32,000 bases of DNA. It comes from Halorhodospira halophila SL1. Its GTDB lineage: Bacteria; Pseudomonadota; Gammaproteobacteria; Nitrococcales; Halorhodospiraceae. Below, piece after piece: positions 26,953 to 32,000 of the stretch (position 1 is the stretch's first letter; the number at the start of each line of letters is the position of its first letter). The notes below the pieces were generated by a model. The model was not told where the DNA came from and ran no database searches. It saw only the letters and a program-made list of their open reading frames with translations. The stretch spans positions 1,380,001 through 1,412,000 of the forward strand of contig NC_008789.1 in the NCBI RefSeq assembly GCF_000015585.1, written 5' to 3'. Both the position numbers and the translations under genes were made by a program.

Positions 26953-27315
26953 GTGACAGCGCTCGGTTTACCGGGCATGAAGGTCTTTCACTCAGCACAT
27001 AAACGGGGCGTCGATACCCGCCGCCTGCGACGAGAGATGCGGCGGCGTTCGGCGGTGGAGGCGGTGATCGGCCACATGAAGATCGACGGGCGCATGGACC
27101 GGTGCCGGCTCAAGGGCCGCCTCGGCGATGCCATGAACGCGGTGCTCGCCGCGGCCGGGCACAACATCCGACTGCTACTCCGGGCGATGGCCGCCTTTTT
27201 GCGGCTTGCTCTGCGGGCGCTCCTGCAGCGGATGTCCATGGAGGGTCACCCCGATGTCCACTCCGCGCCGACGATGTCGGCCGCATGCCCGAAACGGAAC
27301 AAGAAACACGAGTAA
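26953..27315 (+). pseudogene. IS5-family (DDE_Tnp_1) transposase, C-terminal fragment
   Basis: RRRSAVEAVIGHMKIDGRMDRCRLKGRLGDAMNAVLAAAGHNIRLLLR matches the conserved IS5-group C-terminus. The N-terminal two thirds are absent. Confidence 0.72.
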
Positions 27316-27333
27316 CCCGTTATTCAGAACCGA

Positions 27334-27615
27334 CTATCCAGACCTCCCTTGCATCGAGTCGGTGAACGAGGAATTCCGAGGACGCCCTTTGCGCGGCGCG
27401 CCCTTCTTCAATAACTTGGCCGGCTCAGCCCCTGGGTACTCCACCCTACTCTCAAGCCAGGCGTCCACGTCGTCCAGGCGCCAGCGGTAATGGCGGCCTA
27501 GCTTGATGTAGGGAGGCAAATCCTGACCTCGACAGAGCCTGGCACGAATCGCACCAGGCGCTAATCCGAGGTACTGTGCAAGATCGTTGGTGGTGAGAAG
27601 CGGTGGTCGGTGCAT
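27334..27615 (-). CDS. AlpA/excisionase-family (HTH_17) DNA-binding protein
   Basis: LLTTNDLAQYLGLAPGAIRARLCRGQDLPPYIKLGRHYRWRLDDVDAWLE is a typical MerR-like excisionase/AlpA fold. The gene sits next to attR, at the opposite end of the island from the integrase. Confidence 0.8.
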   Translation of the reverse strand: MHRPPLLTTNDLAQYLGLAPGAIRARLCRGQDLPPYIKLGRHYRWRLDDVDAWLESRVEYPGAEPAKLLKKGAPRKGRPRNSSFTDSMQGRSG

Positions 27616-27710
27616 GCGCCTTGTCCTGTTTGGGGTTCACTACCCTGTAAGGGATCAGCGACCACACCGACCGGCTTGGGACCCAGACCGCTCCCCAGAA
27701 GCCCAGATCT

Positions 27711-27735
27711 ATGCAGTACTCATGCAGTACTGCAT
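27711..27735. promoter_or_regulatory. Candidate operator: tandem ATGCAGTACT repeat forming a perfect 14-bp palindrome
   Basis: ATGCAGTACTCATGCAGTACTGCAT. The last 14 nt (ATGCAGTACTGCAT) are self-complementary. It lies about 100 bp upstream of the alpA-like start in an AT-rich spacer. Confidence 0.4.
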
Positions 27736-27848
27736 AGGCAAAAACTTGTCATTCGCCGTAACGTGGAGTAATCTCCAGTAACTGTAAACGACTGATTGGT
27801 CGCGCCTTTATAGCGTAAGCGCTTGTTCCTCGGGACAGTCTGATGGCT

Positions 27849-27894
27849 TTCACACGGCAGGGGTCGCTGGTTCGATCCCAGCGCCGCCCACCAA
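27849..27894 (+). repeat. attR: 46-bp direct repeat copy of the tRNA-Val 3' end
   Basis: Identical to 8562-8607. The upstream tRNA half is absent, so this is not a second tRNA gene. Confidence 0.88.
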
Positions 27895-28084
27895 CTTCCC
27901 TGCGGCTTAAGCCTCTTCCACCAGGCTCTGGGTCGCTTAAGTCTCACAGCGCCCCCCTCCCCCGCCGTGACGCTCCCAAGTGCGTCATTGGATGATACCC
28001 TCGGAGTCTTGCAAACACGTCATCCTGGCGACAGGTGTCGCGTTGCTGGGACGCTTCTTCGCCTGACGACGAACGACCAGGATC

Positions 28085-28447
28085 ATGTCCGACCAATACC
28101 CTGAGTCCTTCCGAGAGTTCCAGCAGCAGCTACACAGTTTCGTCGCCGAGCGCGACTGGTCACAGTTCCATACCCCGAAGAACCTGGCTATGGCCCTGGC
28201 CGGCGAGGTCGGGGAACTCGTCGAGCATTTCCAATGGCTGAGCAACGAGGCCTCTGACAGCCTGCCGGTGGGAAAGCTAGCAGAGGTACGTCGTGAACTG
28301 GCGGACATCCAGATCTATACGCTGTTGCTGGCCAATCGGCTGGAGTTGGATCTTGCCGCGGCCGTCCGCGATAAGATTGCTGAAAACGAAGCCAAGTATC
28401 CGCCGGACCGCGCCTTCGGGCGGTCTGACAAGTACACCGATCTTTAA
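28085..28447 (+). CDS. MazG-type nucleoside triphosphate pyrophosphohydrolase (small all-alpha, DCTPP1-like)
   Basis: FVAERDWSQFHTPKNLAMALAGEVGELVEHFQW and RRELADIQIYTLLLANRLELDL carry the ExxE/ExxD metal-binding helices of the MazG-like family. 120 aa. Confidence 0.85.
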   Translation: MSDQYPESFREFQQQLHSFVAERDWSQFHTPKNLAMALAGEVGELVEHFQWLSNEASDSLPVGKLAEVRRELADIQIYTLLLANRLELDLAAAVRDKIAENEAKYPPDRAFGRSDKYTDL

Positions 28448-28455
28448 AGACCCTG

Positions 28456-30906
28456 ATGCTTGTCTATAGCGGCGACAAGAGCACCTTCCTCACGGATGTA
28501 GCGGATAACCGGATCTCGGATCGCATCCTCGCAGCCATGACCCGACGCAGTATGGGCGGGGTCAGTGAGAGCGAACGCCGATCCTGGGAGCAGTCCCTGC
28601 TCTACATGAAGAACGTGGTCGAGGACCCGAACATCCCGGATGACGCCGGCATCGCTGTGGAGTACCGCATCCCGCAGACATCCAAGCGGGTAGACGTCAT
28701 CATATCTGGCCTCGATGACGAACAACGCGAGTCCTGCGTCATCATTGAGCTCAAGCAGTGGCAGCACGCCGAGGCTACCGGCAAGGACGCCATCGTTCGC
28801 ACACTCCTAGGCGGTGGGATCCGGGAAACCACTCACCCCTCCTATCAGGCGTGGAGTTACAGCACGCTACTGGAGGATTTCAACGAAGCTGTGCAGAACG
28901 GCGGGATTCGGCTGACCCCGTGCGCCTATCTGCACAACTGCACCGACGGCAGCGGCCTCCAGGAACCACTCTACGACCGCTATCTGCAGTGCGCCCCGCT
29001 CTTCCTCCGGCACGACACACAAAAGCTGCGCGCGTTCATTCGGAGGTATGTCCGGTACGGTGACCATCGCCGCGTCCTTTATCGCATCGACCAAGGGCGT
29101 ATCCGCCCCTCCAAAGACTTGGCCAGTTCCCTCGCCCGTCTGATCCGCGGCAACCGAGACTTCCTGATGATCGACGACCAGAAGGTTGCCTACGAGGCTG
29201 CCCTGGAAGTCGGGACTATCGCTCAGGAATTCGGCAAGCAGGTACTGATCGTCGAAGGAGGTCCGGGCACGGGAAAGTCCGTAGTCGCCATCAACTTGCT
29301 GGTTGAACTGACCAAGCGCCACCAGACTGTCCACTACGTCACTCCGAACCGGGCGCCGCGGCAGGTCTACGAAGGACGGTTGACGGGCACTCTGACCAAA
29401 ACCCGGTTCAGCAACCTCTTCAAAGGGTCCGCCGCGTATGACAACGCGGAGCGTGACGAAATGGATGGGCTCCTCGTTGACGAAGCCCACCGCCTTCAGG
29501 AGCGCTCGCGGTGGCAGCGCGCTGGAACCAACCAGATCCGTGACATCATCCGCGCGGCCCGGACCAGCGTCTTTTTCGTCGATGAGGCGCAGCAGGTCAC
29601 CTGGAACGACACCGGCTCCATCCAGGAAATCGAGCGCTGGGCACGCGCTGAGGGGGCCACCATCCATCGCGCCGCACTGCAGTCACAGTTCCGCTGCAGC
29701 GGTTCCGACGGCTACCTGGCGTGGCTCGATCAAGCTCTCCAGATCCGCGACACGGCTCAGAAGGACCTGCACGGCATCCGTTACCACCTAGAAGCCGTTG
29801 ACTCCCCCCGAACCCTCTACCAGCGCATTGTGGAACTAGACGGCAACGGTTCCAGGGCTCGTTTGGTGGCCGGTTACTGCTGGGATTGGATCAGCAAGAA
29901 AGACCCCTGCGCGTGGGATATCACGTTCCCGGAAGAGAATCTCTTCATGCGGTGGAATCTTTACGAGGACGAGGGACGCTACCTGGAGAAGACGCACTCG
30001 ATCGATCAAGTCGGATGCATCCATACGGTACAAGGTCTGGAGATGGACTACGTGGGGGTGATCATTGGCCCCGACCTGATCGTGCGCAACGGCCACGTCG
30101 TCACCCAGCCCTCCAAACGGGCCCGCACGGACCGATCCCTTCACGGCTACAAGACTGCTCGCAAGGAGGCCCCGGAAGAGTGCGACGCCCGGGCGGACGC
30201 GATTATCAAGAACACCTATCGAACCTTGATGAGCCGCGGCCTCAAGGGGTGCCTGATCCACTGCACGGATCCGGAGACACAGGCCTACTTCCGGCAGGAG
30301 ATCGAGGCCGCTTTCTCCCAGCCTTCGGACAATACGGAGGCTTCGACGTTGCAGCCGGCGCCGGTCATTCCCCTGGATGAACAGTCATCGACCGAAGCGG
30401 AGGATGAACCGCGCACTATCCCCGCCGAAGCAGTCACGCCAGCGGATAACGCTGTGCCGTTTATCGAACTGGAGGCCGCTGCCGGAGAGTTTCAGGCGGG
30501 ATTCGCTGAGGCGGAGCGCCTTGAAGAGACGGAGACTTGGATTGCTTTGCCGGAACTCTACCGCGCCCGCCGCGGGTTGTTCGTTGCACGCGTCAAAGGA
30601 GAGTCCATGAATCGGCGCATCCCGAATGGCGCCTGGTGCCTCTTCGAGGCCAACCCCGGTGGATCGCGGCACGGCCGGGTCGTGCTCGCGTACCACCGGG
30701 ATATCCAGGACCCGGACAACAATTCTGCGCTGACTGTAAAACGGTACTACAGCGAGAAGATCACCTCGGCCGACGGCCAATGGCAGCACTCACGGATTAC
30801 CCTGGCCTGCGACACCCTGACCCCAGGCTATGAGGATATCGTGCTTGAGGAAGAGCAGGCGCGGGATCTTCGGATACTGGGAGAGTTCAAGGGCACCGTT
30901 GCCTGA
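28456..30906 (+). CDS. DUF2075-family (PD-(D/E)xK nuclease-like N-terminus plus P-loop SF1-like ATPase, Schlafen-helicase/Nhi-like) protein fused to a C-terminal LexA/UmuD-type S24 peptidase domain
   Basis: N-terminus KRVDVIISG...CVIIELKQW (D...ExK). Walker A VEGGPGTGKSVVAINL. Walker B LLVDEAHRL. C-terminal helicase-core motifs IHTVQGLEMDYVGVIIG and RTLMSRGLKGCLIH. An acidic linker follows, then VPFIELEAAAGEF (Ala676-Gly677), VKGESM (Ser717) and LTVKRYY (Lys762). It starts 8 nt after the MazG stop. Confidence 0.85.
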   Translation: MLVYSGDKSTFLTDVADNRISDRILAAMTRRSMGGVSESERRSWEQSLLYMKNVVEDPNIPDDAGIAVEYRIPQTSKRVDVIISGLDDEQRESCVIIELKQWQHAEATGKDAIVRTLLGGGIRETTHPSYQAWSYSTLLEDFNEAVQNGGIRLTPCAYLHNCTDGSGLQEPLYDRYLQCAPLFLRHDTQKLRAFIRRYVRYGDHRRVLYRIDQGRIRPSKDLASSLARLIRGNRDFLMIDDQKVAYEAALEVGTIAQEFGKQVLIVEGGPGTGKSVVAINLLVELTKRHQTVHYVTPNRAPRQVYEGRLTGTLTKTRFSNLFKGSAAYDNAERDEMDGLLVDEAHRLQERSRWQRAGTNQIRDIIRAARTSVFFVDEAQQVTWNDTGSIQEIERWARAEGATIHRAALQSQFRCSGSDGYLAWLDQALQIRDTAQKDLHGIRYHLEAVDSPRTLYQRIVELDGNGSRARLVAGYCWDWISKKDPCAWDITFPEENLFMRWNLYEDEGRYLEKTHSIDQVGCIHTVQGLEMDYVGVIIGPDLIVRNGHVVTQPSKRARTDRSLHGYKTARKEAPEECDARADAIIKNTYRTLMSRGLKGCLIHCTDPETQAYFRQEIEAAFSQPSDNTEASTLQPAPVIPLDEQSSTEAEDEPRTIPAEAVTPADNAVPFIELEAAAGEFQAGFAEAERLEETETWIALPELYRARRGLFVARVKGESMNRRIPNGAWCLFEANPGGSRHGRVVLAYHRDIQDPDNNSALTVKRYYSEKITSADGQWQHSRITLACDTLTPGYEDIVLEEEQARDLRILGEFKGTVA

Positions 30907-31056
30907 CTCTAGGGGTATCGACACGGCCGTCGAAATCGGCGTGGTTCACCACCAAGAGCGCGCCCGGCCCCAAATCGCGGGCCAGCAGGGCGCACTAGTC
31001 GACCCCGGTTGACAGGCGCAAATCGGAGCGCCGAGCCAGTGGCTTTGCCCCCTCAC

Positions 31057-31428
31057 TCAGAGCGCGTAGGCCTTCAGCGTATCGAGGTCAATCACGGCCA
31101 GGGTCTCGGCATGCTTAGCGTGCAGATCCACCATCGGAGCCACTCCCGCGCGGTAGGCCTCCATCCAGCGGCCGGCGCAACGACACCATCGGTCCCCGGG
31201 CTGAAGGCCGGGAAACCCCATGCCCGGATTGGGGGCCGTCAGGTCGTTGCCCTGCTCCCGGGTAAAGCTCAGAAACGCCTCGTCCAGCCGGGCGCAGACC
31301 GTGTGGATTCCAACGTCCTCGTGACCAGTATTGCAGCAGCCGTCCCGGTAAAAGCCGGTCAAAGGCTGAGTGCTACAAGGCGCGAGGGGCTGGCCGAGCA
31401 CATTGAGGGACTCGAAAGGCTGGCTCAT
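31057..31428 (-). CDS. DUF2237-family protein
   Basis: LNVLGQPLAPCSTQPLTGFYRDGCCNTGHEDVGIHTVCA...GDRWCRCAGRW matches the conserved Cys-rich DUF2237 pattern. I chose start MSQPF (31428), which is preceded by GGAG. Confidence 0.78.
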   Translation of the reverse strand: MSQPFESLNVLGQPLAPCSTQPLTGFYRDGCCNTGHEDVGIHTVCARLDEAFLSFTREQGNDLTAPNPGMGFPGLQPGDRWCRCAGRWMEAYRAGVAPMVDLHAKHAETLAVIDLDTLKAYAL

Positions 31429-31456
31429 TGCGATCTCCAACTCCGAAGATGGGGGA

Positions 31457-31628
31457 TCATGCGGCAGGGGTGCTCATCCACCGGCGCCCGAAGTAGTCAA
31501 GCACCCCGTCGATGCGCACCCCGACATTGTCGCGGGTGATGACCTCCTGTTTGGGGAAGTCACCTCGGGGATGGCAGCCGCATCATTCATGCACCGCCGG
31601 AGCAGCATCAGTGCCAGCGGTACCAACA
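31457..31628 (-). pseudogene. SPFH/band-7 (stomatin-like) gene fragment (low confidence)
   Basis: One minus frame reads FPKQEVITRDNVGVRIDGVLDYF, which resembles the conserved QEVITKDNVxVxVDGVxxY segment of SPFH proteins. It is bounded by stops, and a TM-like piece (VVLVPLALMLL) lies in another frame. Confidence 0.35.
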
Positions 31629-32000
31629 CCACCCCGGAGAACGCGGTCTGGGGTGTCGGCCAACGGCTCGCCGATCGCCTGGCTGAGCTCGGCATTCAGA
31701 CCACCGAGGATCTCGCCAGGTTACCCCCGCGGCGGATCCGTCAGCACTTCCCCGTGACCCTGGCGCGAACGGCGGAGGAGCTGCGGGGCTGCGCCTGCCA
31801 CGACCTTGAAAGCGAACCGGCGCCCCGGCAGCAGATCGTCTGCTCGCGTACTTTCGGCACGCCGGTTCGTGACAAGCCGGCGCTGCGCGAGGCCGTGGCG
31901 GATTACGCGGCGCGGGCTCAATCGGCGGACCTGGTGTTCTGGGTCCGTGAGGCGGGGGGAGCGTTAGTGCCCACAGATGGTGTTATGCACAACAGCCCTC
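31629..32000 (+). pseudogene. Second, internally deleted copy of the umuC 3' region and its downstream spacer
   Basis: 31629-31910 aligns with 12695-12976. 31911-31933 aligns with 13266-13288. 31934-32000 aligns with about 14238-14304. By eye there is roughly one mismatch per 10-15 nt. umuD and the first ~178 codons of umuC are missing. Confidence 0.85.

Noticed and set aside
27849-27894. Possible second tRNA-Val gene
   Set aside because: Only the anticodon-loop-to-CCA part is present. The acceptor 5' strand and the D-arm are missing, so this is an att repeat and not a gene.
27720-27947. 75-aa minus-strand ORF covering attR
   Set aside because: It is a translation of the tRNA-derived repeat (ALGSNQRPLP is the usual artefact of reading a tRNA T-arm). 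The analogous artefact occurs at 6827-7177 over tRNA-Ala.
27950-28084. Search for a LexA box upstream of the MazG/DUF2075-S24 pair
   Set aside because: No CTG-N10-CAG match was found. The nearest candidates have N12 spacing or wrong half-sites, so no SOS-box feature is reported there.
28867-29667. 266-aa minus-strand ORF
   Set aside because: It is antisense to the P-loop core of the DUF2075 gene and has no motifs.
31009-31539. 176-aa + strand ORF
   Set aside because: It is antisense to the well-supported DUF2237 gene.
1-32000. CRISPR arrays, rRNA genes, retron or group II intron reverse transcriptases
   Set aside because: I saw no regularly spaced short repeats, no rRNA-like segments and no RT motifs (YxDD) in any long ORF. 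The only repeats are the att pair, the IS copies and the umuC duplicate.

Overview
GC-rich proteobacterial (probably gammaproteobacterial) chromosome segment. Core genes are at the left: recB (3' end outside the window), recC, a DCC-family thiol-disulfide oxidoreductase, a CIA30-domain protein, tRNA-Ala(GGC), gltX and tRNA-Val(CAC). A 19.3-kb genomic island sits in the 3' end of tRNA-Val and is bounded by a perfect 46-bp direct repeat (8562-8607 and 27849-27894). Its P4-type integrase is cut off by an IS30-family element. The island carries an OMP gene, an SOS-box-preceded umuDC operon plus an unknown ORF, and a membrane DUF4236/helix-hairpin-helix protein divergent from a WYL regulator. It also carries a decayed Cas4-like DUF2779 nuclease gene and an IS graveyard (IS30, two IS3 copies, IS256, ISL3, IS66, IS5). 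Two visibly AT-richer lipoprotein genes and an AlpA-type excisionase-like gene next to attR complete it. Just beyond attR is the most interesting locus. It is a tightly linked pair encoding a MazG-type pyrophosphohydrolase and an 816-aa DUF2075 (PD-(D/E)xK plus P-loop, Schlafen-helicase/Nhi-like) protein fused to an apparently complete LexA/UmuD-type S24 self-cleavage module. I read this as a candidate RecA*-gated effector, and I do not recognise the architecture as a described system. The window ends with a DUF2237 gene, an SPFH gene fragment and a deleted second copy of the island's umuC region, which suggests tandem or ancestral island copies. No CRISPR array or rRNA was seen. All homology calls come from reading the translations and recalling motifs, not from database searches.
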